Positions 1 through 13,310 of a DNA stretch of 64,000 nucleotides are shown piece by piece. Every line of letters starts with the position of its first letter. Within the stretch, counting starts at the first letter, position 1. This DNA comes from Octopus sinensis (lineage: Eukaryota): assembly GCF_006345805.1 (NCBI RefSeq), contig NC_043005.1, positions 67,580,001 to 67,644,000 on the forward strand, read 5' to 3'. The notes beneath the pieces are model-generated. The model did no database searches, had not been told where the DNA came from, and was given only the letters and a program-made list of their open reading frames with translations. Made by a program: the position numbers and the translations under genes.

Positions 1-1109
1 ACAATCTTGGAAACGCCTGAACCACTCGTACACTTGTGTGCGAGTCATACACTCCTCACCATACACTTTCTGCAACATTGCGCAGGCCTCTGAGCTGGTT
101 ACGCCATGACAACTATCTCTGTCGTAGTCAATGCGACGATCACACGCTATATACCTTTCTTTGAAGCACTACTCTAAACATCGAAAGTGACCTAGAACAT
201 TAAAACTTTGCGCGCATGATCAACAGAGCTCAAGGTTTGCGCCAAGCGACTTTACTCTAGTAACAGTCCGAATACTTATTGACCAGACTCCGTATTAAAA
301 TATAGATATCCTCTTCGTATAGCTATATGTCCTCGCATATCATATATGCAACCATTCATCTATGCAACCATTCATATAGATTCTCTTTCATGTATACGCC
401 TTAGCATGAACCTTTAAATAAATGCACAATTATTAACGAGGAGGTAAGAAACACTCCAGAGAGCTGAATAGCAGATGCTCTCCAAAGAAGAAGAAGCACC
501 GCCCAGCCAATTGGTTCGGCCCTTAACCTTTTACACTCTGAGAAGGCCTGGCCGCACCCAGGTCATGATCCCTAGGTGCCCTTCTGCTGACACGTTTTAG
601 CTGACACTTTGGATATCGGAGGCTTGTGCATTTAAATCGATTGGAGATTTCATCTATGTGGAACTCCTCTCCGTTGACTCAGCTTTCAAACTTATACTTA
701 AAAAAGAAATAACCTTGGTTGTCATGGTAGCGATGAAACCTCAACGCTACCACAATCACCCACACAGAATTACTTCTATTAGCATTAAAATACAAAAATA
801 TTGCCTTCAAACGATATGGAGAGTGACACAGAGAGACAGAGGTGAATAAGAGAAAATGAACTTAACGACATTCGTTATTTCACATTATTTACAATCGTTT
901 CCACACATCGATACACCACACCATCGTTAAACATGTAGTTTCAACTAATTGTAGAAATGTGAAATAGAGAATGTTCAGTCTTTTTTTTTTCTTATTCATC
1001 CCTTTGTATAAACGCTACGGTTACTATAGATTTACAGATGTATATCAAGTGATAGGAATATTCCCACTGTATAATAACATTCGGTAGCAACGATATATAT
1101 ATATATATA

Positions 1110-1313
1110 TTCTTTTACTTTTTTTACTTGCTGGAGCACCGCGTTTTAGTCGAACAAATCGACCCTAAGATTTATTTTTTGTAAGCCTAGTACTATCGGG
1201 TTCTTTTGCCGAACTTCTAAGTTACGGAGATGTAAACACATGCAATGGGACCGAACCCGGAATCCCTGTGTTTTGAAAGTAAGCTTCTTACCACACAACC
1301 GCTCCTGCGGCTA
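1110..1313 (-). mobile_element. tRNA-derived SINE family A (internally deleted)
   Basis: B-box GGTTCGGTCCC, GGTGCTCCAGC block and (AAAAGAGT)n-type tail. Confidence 0.75.
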
Positions 1314-1315
1314 AG

Positions 1316-1398
<83 letters not shown>

Positions 1399-2550
1399 TA
1401 TGTATGTATTATGTATGTATGTAATGCATGTGTCGTGTTTACATATATCTAAACTTTCTAACTTATCTTTTCAAGTAACGTGTCTCTCTCTACAATGGCT
1501 AAATAAGTGAGTATTCTAAAAGCGTCAAAACTTCCCGGAAGGCTTCCCACAAGGTAAATATGCACATATCTTTCTATTGATATTTTCGATATCATTTATT
1601 AGCTTTTATATCGTACATAGAGACATGCGTTATAGCCGCAAGTAATTCGGTGGTAGTTGTAAAACACTCGCAGTGAATAAATTATTTCCTTAGACGAAAT
1701 CGAAGTGCCTTTTGAAGTTGGTGTGTCTAGTTATAACATAAATCGCTTCTGGTCATTTAAAATTTTCTAACTTAATATCTTTCCTAATAGAGCATTCAAG
1801 AGGTGTTTTTACGAGATTGTTATAACACAATTGAGCGATATGCCATGTGAGTTTCGTGGATATTTAGTTACCATACACACACTTGAATACATACATGAAG
1901 AGCTTCACATAGTTTCTGCCAGTAAAATTCCACTCACAGTATATTATGTCAACAGAGCAGGAGACGTTTTGTCACAACCATTTTGGCACCACCTATTTGT
2001 CTTCGCTGATTCGACGTTGACTTATTTGACACCAAGCCTTCTTAATGTTTCTCTCTCGTCCTCTTTCTCTCTCTCTCTCTCTCACTCTTTCTCACTCTCA
2101 TTCTCTATCACTCTCTCTCTCTCTCTCTCACTCTCCTCTTCCCAACTTTCTCCCTTTGTTTATATTTGTGAGCATCTAGTCCTGAGTTTAAATCCTACAG
2201 CAGCCGACTTTGCAGCTTTCACCAGCATATAATTTTCTTGACTATCTTCCATCGAAATGTCATTGTTTTGTGCCTTTATAGGAAGTCACTATTGCGTGTA
2301 GCATCGATAATCTTTATTGACTAGATCATATGTTATGGACAAGGTTTCTGTGCAATATCGAATGGTGACACCCTTGATTACATTTACAAAATATGATCAC
2401 TTAGTTCAGAGTATAAACGAGCTTGATTTCTTTGTCATCAGAAATTCTTATATTTAAATTAAATTTTTAAATAGTTATAGTAATAAGTATATCTCAGGCT
2501 TAGCTCTCTAGACGTGATATTACCTGCGATATCATTGTTGATGTTTGGTC

Positions 2551-2675
2551 GAAGAATAGGCGGGAAAACTGTATAGACACCAAATTTATTTTTGAGTTTT
2601 CATTTGCGTTTATATTGTTCGATGGAAACTCATTATCCTAACTCAACATTTAAAGACGAATTCCTGTATTGCAGA

Positions 2676-2732
<57 letters not shown>

Positions 2733-2878
2733 AACTCTCTGCTTGAAGAATAGGCGGGAAAACTGTATAGACACCAAATTTATTTTTGAGTTTTCATTTG
2801 CGTTTATATTGTTCGATGGAAACTCATTATCCGTAACTCAACATTTAAAGACGAATTCCTGTATTGCTGAACCTCTCT
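2551..2878 (+). repeat. Direct duplication of about 132 bp, 194 bp apart, separated by (CT)n
   Basis: 2551-2682 matches 2745-2878 with 2 substitutions. Confidence 0.9.
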
Positions 2879-2985
2879 ATCTCTATCTATCTATCTATCT
2901 ACCTCGCTTTCTCTCTGTCTTTATATTTATCTATGTATCTATCTATCTAGCTTTCTATCTATCTCTTCCTTCCTCTCTCTCACTT

Positions 2986-3071
<86 letters not shown>

Positions 3072-3600
3072 GCAGAGCCAGTGATTTTAATAGAAAATCT
3101 GCCCGACCGTGGAAACCTACAGCTTTTCCTATAAGACATATGTTTCCGAAACAATGCTTTTGTGCTGTCGTAAGAAATAGTTTCTTCAGTGAATCGTTTG
3201 ATATAAGAGCAGTTTCGTATTATAGCGTTTTGACATGTTTAATGTGCTGGAAGTAAACTATTAACACATCAGAGCAGATGTAGAGATGTAGTCATGTGAC
3301 TTGTCATTCTAGAGAAAGTCTATACATTCTTATATGTAATTGATTGTATATTTGACTTCTATGTTTAACAGTTGGTATTGTTCTTTTTGCTGTTGTTCAA
3401 CGTCATCTCATTTCTGAACAAATAGACTTATAGTTAAATGTGTTCTAGACATAACTATTCATCTAATTTTCAGTAAATATTTCCAGGATACATACTTCAA
3501 TATGGTCTTCTTTTGAAAATGATAAGGTATTCAATAAAGGAACTTGGCTGCTATTTCTAATGATTGTAGCAACTGCACAGAGGCTCTGTTGTTAACTTAT

Positions 3601-3800
3601 ATGTAGGGGTGCTGAAAAGATAATACACAAGGGTCAGTTAATTATGGTATTATTCAACATATCCCCCCTTCAGATTCACGCAATTATTGCGGTAACCTTT
3701 CAGTTTATCTAAGCCATTTAAAAGAACTCAGAAGGTCGGGTATCCAACCAGGTCTTTCGCGATACCCTTAAAGCCAGGAATTTGTCAGCAACCCCTCTTA
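3601..3800. mobile_element. Degenerate mariner-derived MITE
   Basis: Left end GTAGGGGTGCTGAAAAG; right end GCCAGGAATTTGTCAGCAACCCCTC. Confidence 0.55.
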
Positions 3801-4940
3801 CGCTAAGTTTGATTCAGCCGTGAACAGTGTTTTCTGATATGTTGCAATAGTAATAAGAAATAAGCTAATTTTTGCATTCACATTATTCCAGTTAAGCATT
3901 CACCTACCAAGAAAAGAGTAACAGTGTTCCGAGAATGTCATAAATTTATATTTGTCGCTTTTTTTGTCAGATTTCAACCGTATTTCTATATAAATAGAAA
4001 TATTTATATTTACATTTATAAAATTTAGTGTATATGTCAACGTATCATCCAAACAACGAGAAATATATATATATATATATATAAAGGAACACACTAACTG
4101 TTTTTAGTGAAATTAATTCTATCTTTGGATTACTCCTGGCGGGAAATATATCATGAAGTGGGAGAGAACCTTTTTTCAGACATATTTCAAAATCTTGTAT
4201 ATTTTGTTCTTAGATATCTTTTCCTTCTTACTTATTTTCTTTCTTTTTTCTTATATAAAGTAAAATCCTTTTTTTTTTCTTGTCGTTATGGTAACCACAT
4301 ATAGCACTATTTCAAACTTCTTGGTAATTATCAACACGCGGTAACTCTAGACACAAGTTAATTATGTTAAATTCAATCTTCTGCAAAATTACGAATTAAA
4401 ATGGAAGATAGAAGACAGGAGATAGCTCACACTTCAAAAGATATGTCTTATGTTCTTTTTTTTATCTTTTTCATTCTAATTCGTTAACTGTATAACAGTA
4501 AGAAGGGTGAAATAGTGACAGAATGTTCTTACATGGCAATTAGATATTATCAGGGTAAGCTCAGTCTTGCAAAAAAGTCTTTTGACGTAGCTACATTTAA
4601 TGTAATTGCCACAAAGTGTTCTGCAAGCCCAGTGTTGCTCTTCCAGGGTGCAGATATATTATTCTTATTCAAGGCCATACCTAGAATAATAATGGCTTGA
4701 AATTTTGGTACAAGACCAACAGATGTAGAGGGATGGTGTTGGTCGGTTACATCGATTCTAGTGCTTGATTGGTACTTTATTTTAACGATGCTAAATGTGC
4801 CAGTAAGAATGATAATACTCTTACGTGTGTAACAAACAAACACATGCGTACATACATGCACAAGCTCATAAATATACGTGTGTGTGTGTGTGCGCGCGCG
4901 CGCGCGCGCGTGTGTGTGTGTGTATGTGTGTGTAAAGCAT

Positions 4941-5002
<62 letters not shown>

Positions 5003-5074
5003 CATCAGTCTGTCTCGTATCAACAAATTTAAATGTGAATGAATTAAGGAATAATATGTTCTATCTTCAATGAT

Positions 5075-5226
5075 ATTGCTTTCAAGTTTTGGCACAAGGC
5101 CAGAAATTTCGAGGTAGAGGAAAGGCAAAGTCAACATTGGTGGAATTTGAACTCAGAACGTAAAAATGGATGAAATGCAGCTAAGCATTTTACCCGGCGT
5201 GCAAACGATTCTGCCAGTTCACCAAC
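5075..5226 (-). mobile_element. SINE family C
   Basis: Head and B-box homologous to 40607; further fragments at 4690-4790, 24362-24490 and 25935-26114. Confidence 0.75.
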
Positions 5227-6044
5227 GTCTTTCTTCCATAATATTGAAGCACACGCATAGCAACTTTTTATTGATATTGCGTTCCTTTTGCATTGTTTCC
5301 TTTATATGGTAAAAAGCATAAACAAGGCGTGATATCGGAACGCAATTTTCCAGTTTATATATTATTTATACATTGTTGTCTGAGAAAAATGTGAGGGAGA
5401 AAAATTGTATTTGCGTATTGTATGAGATAGAGAGAACACGGCAGCTGACACCTTCATTGCAACTCTGAATCTTTAAGTAACTATTGTTTTGAAAGCACGG
5501 GTTTACGACCGGTGGGCATCTGATATCCAAAATCTTTCTGGATGCATCAATCTGCGTTTGTTTTGCGTCAGCGAGCAAAGTTTTGAAGATATCTGTCGAA
5601 AAATGATTTTGTTTCAAGTCAGTCAATCAAATATCGACGCTAATGTGCATACGTGTGTATTTGAGTGTGTATATGAGTGTCTATGTGCATGAGTATGCAG
5701 AGAAATCTTGAGTAACGGGAGAGAATTTTAATTAAGGTGTTTTATCTCGAACAAAGACATAATCCAGTCAGATTTTAACGTATTTATGGAAGGAATTGGA
5801 AAATCCAGTATCTCATAGTGATATACTTAGATTAATCTAAGGTTTCGGGGATTAGTGAACGTTTGGGCTTATAAAACGAGAAACTAAATTTTCTAAAATT
5901 GTACACACACACACTCACTACCATGCGCATACACTCACACACAAAATATACACACTAAAACGTTCACAAACACACAGGCACGTATATATACTCTTAGGTT
6001 ATACAAAGACAAATCTGGGGGACATACTCATAAGTATATCGGCA

Positions 6045-6428
6045 TTTGCATTTGTGTACCTACCACGAGGTTCCAGCTTCAGTTCCACAGCGTGGAATTT
6101 TGGGTGAGTGCCTTCTCCTATAGCCTCAGACCGACAAAGGTTGTACGGTTGTTTAGTAGAGGGAAACTGAACGAAGCCTCTCTTATATATGTATATATTT
6201 ATGTGTGTATGGTTATTATGTGTTTGTACCCCACCACTGCTTAACAGCCAGTGGTGGTTTGTTTACATCCCCATAACTTAGCATTTAGGCAACAGAGACC
6301 GATAGAATAAGTATCAGGTTTTAAAAGAAAGTAAGTACAACGATCGATTTATTCGTCAAAACCCTTCAAGGCCTCAGCATGGCAGCAGTCCAATTACTGA
6401 AACATGGGGATGATAGAAGATAGAAGAC
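6045..6428 (+). mobile_element. SINE family A
   Basis: Homologous to 31619-32026. Confidence 0.7.
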
Positions 6429-9076
6429 ATGGCTGTTATAAATGATGGAACGTTCAATACAATTTAATGCTTCCGGCAAGAACCTGTTGGACATGACGTT
6501 TTGGTAGTTGAAGATTTTGTTCGATACTGTTTGAAGTTGTTAATCAATACGTTTTACAGTATAATGGAAACCGTACTTCGAGTAACGTGTAAAAAAATAG
6601 GAATGAATATGCGTTATAAAAATTGACTTTGATGATTCTAAATGGTCTTATAAGAAAATGTTCAGTACTGTATGTCTTTGAAGCTCATCTGGTAAGGCAG
6701 TCATCAGTAGTTTCGAGTACATATGGACGCATTTCACGATCAATTTTTGTTTCTATGTTAACAATCTTTGAAGTATGAACGCAATATAAGTGAAACTATC
6801 CCCACCCCTGCAGCAACACTTATTATTACAGATTTTAGGTTTGATTTTTACGGCAATCATCGAAAAAATGTTTTATTCCTTCATTTTCTCTTCTCTTCAT
6901 CAACAGTTTCAAATTTAAAGGAAATAAATTGCTTTCTGTTTCATTCATCAATCATCTGGGCTCCACTTGCTAACCAATTAAGACAACTTTAGTCTAATAG
7001 ACCGGTAAAAACGAGTGATTTTATTTCGCTAATTTTAATTCCTTTATTGTTTTTACTAAATACTAAGATGCACTGGAAAAAAAGTAATTACATCGTGTAC
7101 GAAGTTTAGCCATTAGTTGATTAGAGATTTAAAATTAAACTCGATATTTTACAACTGCCAAATGATTTTAAATTCAAGAACTACAGTGTTCGGAGAATTT
7201 AATGATTTGGTTTTCACTTCGATCTGTTCAGCTTTCAATTCAACTTACAAAAAGCTATTGATAAAGACATAAGGACAAATAAATGAATATTAGATATAAA
7301 GAGTGCAACAGAATTTTATTGTGTATCAGAAACTGAACATGATATAAATTTCTTTTGACTAGTCAGGAGGTCAAAATTTGAATGAAGAAGAGCGCGATCG
7401 AATAAGTCTCTTCCAATTATTTTTTATCTCAACCGGAAATGGAATGCAAATTCGGGACGAAGAAAGCGAAACTAATTACTATAAAGCACAAAGAGAGAAT
7501 TCTGTAGTCTTATTCGCTTTTACCATGATCATAATATACAAATACAGATATGAAGAGAAATGAATGCATACACAAAAATGTATATGATAGTGTATCTCTT
7601 GTTGTTAACAAAGCATATAAATAGGAAGGTACAAGAGAGGTTATTCTTCCAAATGAAATTTGAAGACTAACTTGGAATCAAGCAACCACATAATTGCTCA
7701 ACTTACAATCTTACTACGTGTGTGTATGTGTGTGTGTGCTAGTAGTTTTTGTACATATATAACTATATATGTAAATGTGAACATATATATGTGTGCAGGT
7801 ATATATGTGTGTGTATGCGTATGTGGAGTAATTATGTTTGTGTGCAAGTATATATGTGTGTGCGAGCTTGCGTGTAAGTCGGTTAAGAGCCATTATGAGT
7901 GAATAAGTTTCGCTGTTTTAGAGTTTTAGAGTGGCGGATGAAATACGTTGAAATTGTTGTCTTGGCCCTCAGATTCCGTCGAGGTCACCTACCCCTTTCG
8001 TACTTTCAGAGCAAATAAAATGAGTATTAGCCTAGTGTTGATACAAGCTCCATTCTCGGGAGATAAGAAAAGTATGGTATATTCTGTGTGTATATAATTG
8101 CACAAATAGGAAAATTAAGCAATCCATTACGATGATAATCTAATTTATGACGACATTATCGAACGGCTGAATATTCTAACAGTACGAATTACTCATTGAG
8201 TTACAGTTCGGAGTCGGAAGTAGCGGTGGATATGTAAATGCATATGTGATTGTTTCTTTGTCTTGGTAGGCTTGTGTATGAGTATATCAGTAATTTTCCG
8301 TATCTGTAGTTGTGGTGGTTGTGTAATTACTGTTTCATGGTCGGTTGGTCACCGCATCTGCTGCTGCTCCTGTTGCTGTTAGGGTTTCTCTTCACTGTGG
8401 CCTCTGGTAGTGAGACTGCTTCTGCAGTTGTTGCTAACGGTTTTAGAAGTAGTCAGGAAAGGCGACCTTGTTACTGCTGCTGTTTTACTGTTGCTGCAAT
8501 TGTTAGTACTGTGGTCTCTGCTGTTTGTAGAGTAGCTATGTCTGTAGTTGTGGTGTTGGCAGCAGTGCTGCTGTTTTTCATTTGGTCTTTGTTGTTATCA
8601 AATAGCCTTCAAATTCAAATAATGTAAATAATCTAAATAATGTAAATAACGTTCCGATATGTGTGGTATTGAGTGTTGCAGCCTTCCACCGTAACCTTGC
8701 AGTTTCACTCCGCTCGGCAGTCCATTATACTCGCCCAGGTTTTCCGGTTTCACCTGTATCAAGATTTCCAATCCTTTCCCAAACCAGTTTTCCGCACTAT
8801 ATTCTTTTAGATATCGAGCGGAGTATCCGGAACATCGTTTACTAACTGGCCCCACACTGAAGTCTAATTCTGGCGAAGGGTTTTGATGTTTTAAATTTTA
8901 TCACATCTAGTCTGGTAATATAGTAAGGAGTCATAGATCCTACTATCTGCACAGGACATGTGTTTCAAAACCAGAACTGAACTCCTGTGAGGAATCTCAT
9001 TAACACGCAACTATATGCCTGATTTGAGTTACGAAATATACTTCGCTCTACGTACTATGTAAACAATTTTTCACTT

Positions 9077-9298
9077 CATTATTTGCATTTGACGATATTT
9101 GTCCTCATCTTGTTTGTTGTTATGACAACGTTTAGGCTGATATACCCTCCAGCCTTCATCAAGTGTCTTGGGGAAATTTCAAACTACTGCGCAATATGCC
9201 TACGGGCATATGGCGTAGTGGCTCAGAGCGCGGGCCACTAACCACAAGATTCTGAGTTCGATTCCAGGCCGTGACCTGAATAATAATAATAATAATAA

Positions 9299-9366
<68 letters not shown>

Positions 9367-9585
9367 CAACAACAGCAGCAGCAGCAACAACAGCAACAAC
9401 ATCGAAAAATACTTTATGAATGATAACCCCAGGTTTGAAATTTCCCCCAGACACCTGATGAAGGCTGGAGGGTATATCAGCCGAAACGTTGTTTTAACAA
9501 CAAACAAGATGAGGACAAATATCCGTCAAATGTAAATAATGTAAATAATGTACATAATTCCTCATCTCTTAAATATAGAACTGTA
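9077..9585. mobile_element. Penelope-type (pseudo-LTR-like) repeat as an inverted pair around a SINE head and (AAT)n
   Basis: 9077-9184 is the reverse complement of 9433-9541; HHR motif; AATGTAAAT tail repeats. Confidence 0.6.
9450..9495 (+). ncRNA. Minimal hammerhead-like motif in a Penelope-type repeat
   Basis: gacac-CTGATGA-A-GGCTG(gagggtatat)CAGCC-GAAA-CG-TT/gtttt. Extra A after the core, palindromic ACGT stem III, weakened stem I. Confidence 0.6.
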
Positions 9586-10861
9586 TCAATTTTTCACTCG
9601 TTCGCATGCAGCATTAAAACTCTTTGGATTTTATAGGACACATACTTATATGAAGCATTTCTGCCATATAATGGTACCTGCATGTTGTGTTCAGTTGTTA
9701 CTTCAGCCGATGATTTTTTTTCTTTGGCATTTCTTTAATTTCTGTTTTTGGTTTCCACCGAAACTTTCACATGGAACGATGTCACTGTTGTAAAAGAACC
9801 AGCTTTTATAAATGTTTTGATAGAAACGTGTATTTCTGTTGTTGATGGTTATTGTTGTTGTTCTTCTTGTTGTTGCTGCTGTTGTTGTTCTTGTTGTTGC
9901 TGCTGTTGTTGTTCTTGTTGTGAAGATGGTGCTGGTGGTGGCGGTGGCAGAGATGTATCAGAAACCTCAGTGAACGCGATAATGGCGATTTCTGTGATGG
10001 CGCTATTAATGCTGTAACTAGTGGAATGCGGAGGTGTTGTTTATGTTGTTGGTCTACTTGTCAGCAAATGTAGAATTGTTATTATAACGGCTACTGCTGT
10101 TCTTATTACTATTTATTACTTTTTCTCATTCTCCATGTTAGTGTTCTTGGTGGTGTTGCTGCTGGTACTGTTCTTAATTGTGATCTTGTCGACGTGGCTA
10201 TTGTTATTTTTTCCTCGCGTCGTTTCTAGGCTGCGTTGATGTGATGATGACAACAGCATCGCTATCAGTTACAAGTGCAGACACTTGAACGTTAGCTGAA
10301 CATCCTTAAGGAATCATTCTCATACATCCTCTGCTTCACACTTTTTTTCTTCTCTCACTGTTTTGCATTTCGTGTTCAACATTATTCTAACATCTTTTTT
10401 CTCCATCTTATTTCTTAATGAAAGAAAATTGAACTTCGTTAATTTAAGAATTTTCAACTCAAAAAACAGCCAGATTGGATTTATTCAAAAGTTGTTATTC
10501 AAAAGCAACAACACCCGGTCGTAGCAGGCAAATTCTCAGCAAACTGGTAAAATATACAAGCAACCAAAAGAGTAAAAATCGGAAAATTTTGGCAGAATCT
10601 TATAGAGCCTAAAATTAGCGTGGTTTCTCTCCCTCAATAATAATAATAAAATGCATGATCTACAGCTTTCTGTAGATTATGAAAAAACCGTCTGAGACAG
10701 TTGACATGTGATTAGAGTATGCGCAAAAACCAACCCAAATTTACAATATATACCATACGGATGATGATGATTATGATGATAGCAACAACAACAACAACAA
10801 CAACAATAATAATAATAATAATAATAACAACAACAACAACAACAACAACAATAATAAATTC

Positions 10862-10975
10862 TCTGATGTAGTACCAGGCAGTGGCTCTCATTTATTTTTG
10901 ATCTTAACTGATTGGAAGTGTTATCATATACATGATTTACCTTGGTGTAAAAGATGGGCTAATGCTGATATTGAC
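10862..10975 (+). mobile_element. Repeat 'D' 5' part
   Basis: Matches 12499-12592, then runs into RLE LINE sequence. Confidence 0.7.
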
Positions 10976-10992
10976 AAATCCCTTACCCATCA

Positions 10993-11765
10993 TTGGTAAG
11001 TGCCTTCTGGCTTCACTGGTTAATTTATAAAGTCTTGGACCTGCTCCATGATAAAAACTGGTGGGAACACAAACCACCGCCTGAGCTTGGAAATGACCAC
11101 ATCTCACTCCTTCGGAACTTCACTGTTCAAACTGACAGAAAGACAGATGCAAATAGGCCTGACACTATATTGAAGGACTTTGGACAAAAATCATGCCCCT
11201 TCATCGATATGACTGTCTCAATCGACATAAATTTATCTGTCAAGACCTGCCCAATACTGAGCAAGTATAAAAATATTGAAGTAGAAATTAGCAAAATGTG
11301 GAACCTGAAGACTAAAACAATACATGTTGTCATAAGTGCCCTAGGAATGATTACAAAAGTGGTTGGTTACTACCTAGTGCAGATACTAGAGAATGGAAGA
11401 AATTTTTTAAAAATAGTGCACATGGGAACTGCTCATATCCTACGTAATATATTGCCTTTGTAATCCCGAAAACATTTTAAATTGTAAACGGTATTAAAAT
11501 ATTTTTTTAAATGTCCATAATATTAGACACCTTTTATCGTCATCTTAACATCAGACAAACATCTTATAACCAAATTACTTTTAAAACGAAGTTTTGATTT
11601 GCTTATGTTTTGACAGACACTCTCTAGAACAATACTCTATGCAAAACCAAATATATGGCACCTTAATAATAACATCAACTTCAACTTCTAAACTTGTTGT
11701 CTCTTGAGATCACTGGGTGAGACTTGGAGTCAACTTGTAGAAACACAAGGCAAAAGCCAAACACA
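10993..11765 (+). mobile_element. RLE LINE 3' fragment
   Basis: ORF 10993-11463: NRPDTIL..FIDMTV..KYKNIEVEISKMW..ISALG..MGTAHILRNIL; followed by a 3' UTR and (AAT)n. Confidence 0.85.
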
Positions 11766-11840
11766 TAATAATAATATTAATAATCATAATAATAATTATT
11801 ATTATTATTGTTGTTGTTGTTTTCCTCGTTGTTATTAGTA

Positions 11841-12255
11841 GATATAAGTGTTCCCACTGATAAAAAAATATATGTCTGTAAAGTAATTTGACAAATTAAG
11901 TAAATATAAGGACCTGGAAATTGAAATACAAAAGATGTGGTATCATAAAACGAGAACTGTTCCTGTTATTGTAGATGCCGTAGGTATGATAAAAAATGGG
12001 TGTCAGAAATATCTAGATAACACCCCAGGAGAACCATGACTAAGAGAAATTCAAAAGATTGTGCTAACAAGTACTGCACACATCCCTAGAAAACCCTTTC
12101 AATTTAAATGTCTGTGTTGTATTACATGAAGATATTTCACTACTGATCTTCCTACTTACCATCCCCAAGCTTTCAGTCTTACTATAACAGCTCTTATCCT
12201 TCACTCGCCCTAGGATGCTGGCTGTGTCTCGGCAAGTGATTGTAACAAACTTGCA
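11841..12255 (+). mobile_element. RLE LINE 3' fragment (second family)
   Basis: DISVPTD..KYKDLEIEIQKMW..IQKIVLTSTAHI; followed by a purine tract; same family as 43255-43547. Confidence 0.8.
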
Positions 12256-12497
12256 GAGAAGAAGAAAAAGAAAAAGAAAAAAAGAAAAAGAAAAAAGAAG
12301 AAGAAAAAGAAAAAGAAAAAGAAAAAGAAGAAAAGAAAAAAGAAGAAAAAGAAAAAAAGAAAAAGAAGAAAAAGAAGAAAAGAAAAAGAAAAAAGAAGAA
12401 AAAGAAGAAGAAAAACGAGAAAAGGAAGAAGAAGAAGAAGAAGAAGAAGAAGAAGAAGAAGAAGAAGAAGAAGAAGAAGAAGAAGAAGAAGAAGAAA
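12255..12497 (+). repeat. Nearly pure purine tract, (AAAAG)n grading into (GAA)n
   Basis: Direct reading; a similar tract lies at 63803-63955. Confidence 0.95.
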
Positions 12498-12498
12498 T

Positions 12499-13028
12499 GC
12501 CCTGATGCAGTACTAGATAGTGGCTCTCATGGTTTTTGGTCTTTACTGATTGGAAGCAATGTACATGTTTTGTCTTGCTACAGAAGACGGGCTACAGCAA
12601 ATATTCTGCTCAGTACCATAGATTTGCTTGTGAGTTGTTTGACCTTAACCAGTTGAACATGTCTCAAATGCCTGACAACATGTGTATCTCTAATCACGAG
12701 CATGTGTTGAGAGGACGTTTTGGGGTTCGAATAATTAACCTCTGGAAACATGGGTGTTTCATTCATCATCCTTAAACAAACCTTCTTCATGGATCTTTTG
12801 AGCGGGATGGGCTACTCGACCTGAAGAAATTTGTAATTGGGCCCTATCGGCAAGGTCCTGCGCTGTTTGTCTTGAATAAGAGGTCACTATGTCGCACAGA
12901 AATGGTTGTGTTGCATTCCCTGGTGTACCCTAACCAGACGGGTAATCATGATGGGTATATTCGGCCCCGTATATTTATACCCCAGTGTCACTCTGATAGT
13001 ATGTTTTGGCCTCTCACTCAATAATAAT
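12499..13028 (+). mobile_element. Unclassified non-coding repeat 'D' with (AAT)n tail
   Basis: GCCCTGATGCAGTAC... to ...CTCTCACTC(AAT)n; other copies at 10862-10975, 59698-59895, 60785-61300 and 62724-63265. Confidence 0.8.
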
Positions 13029-13039
13029 CATTATAAGTC

Positions 13040-13310
13040 AAACATAAAGGTTGTTCTTGTCACCGTAGTATTGGGTTTAATATCACCTACCTGAAGAAAC
13101 ATCTTGATACTTTAGAAATACTTTACAATCTTGGCGTATTGCAAAAATTGGCTTTACTTGGAACTACACGCAAACAGGATAAAGTACTGTCTGTCTGAGG
13201 TCCTTGTTTTGTCTTGACAGGCAGTACAAGACCCCGGTACACACAATATCTTCAATCTACAACACCACAATATTTGATAGTGTGCGACGTCTTCAGTAGT
13301 AGTAGTAATA
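13040..13310 (+). mobile_element. RLE LINE extreme 3' fragment (third family)
   Basis: LGVLQKLALLGTTRKQDKVLSV* plus a 3' UTR and (TAG)n tail; homologous to 24200-24360. Confidence 0.7.

Noticed and set aside
8310-8627. Hydrophobic signal-peptide-like ORF (+) and Thr/Ala-rich mucin-like reading (-)
   Set aside because: Degenerate (CTG/TTG) low-complexity sequence; the minus reading has in-frame stops and no splice support.
12215-12505. Lys/Glu-rich 96-aa ORF
   Set aside because: Translation of the purine microsatellite tract.
12499-12560. snRNA or box C/D snoRNA origin of the repeat D head
   Set aside because: Only loose TGATG/CTGA words; no convincing match to U2 or to a complete box C.
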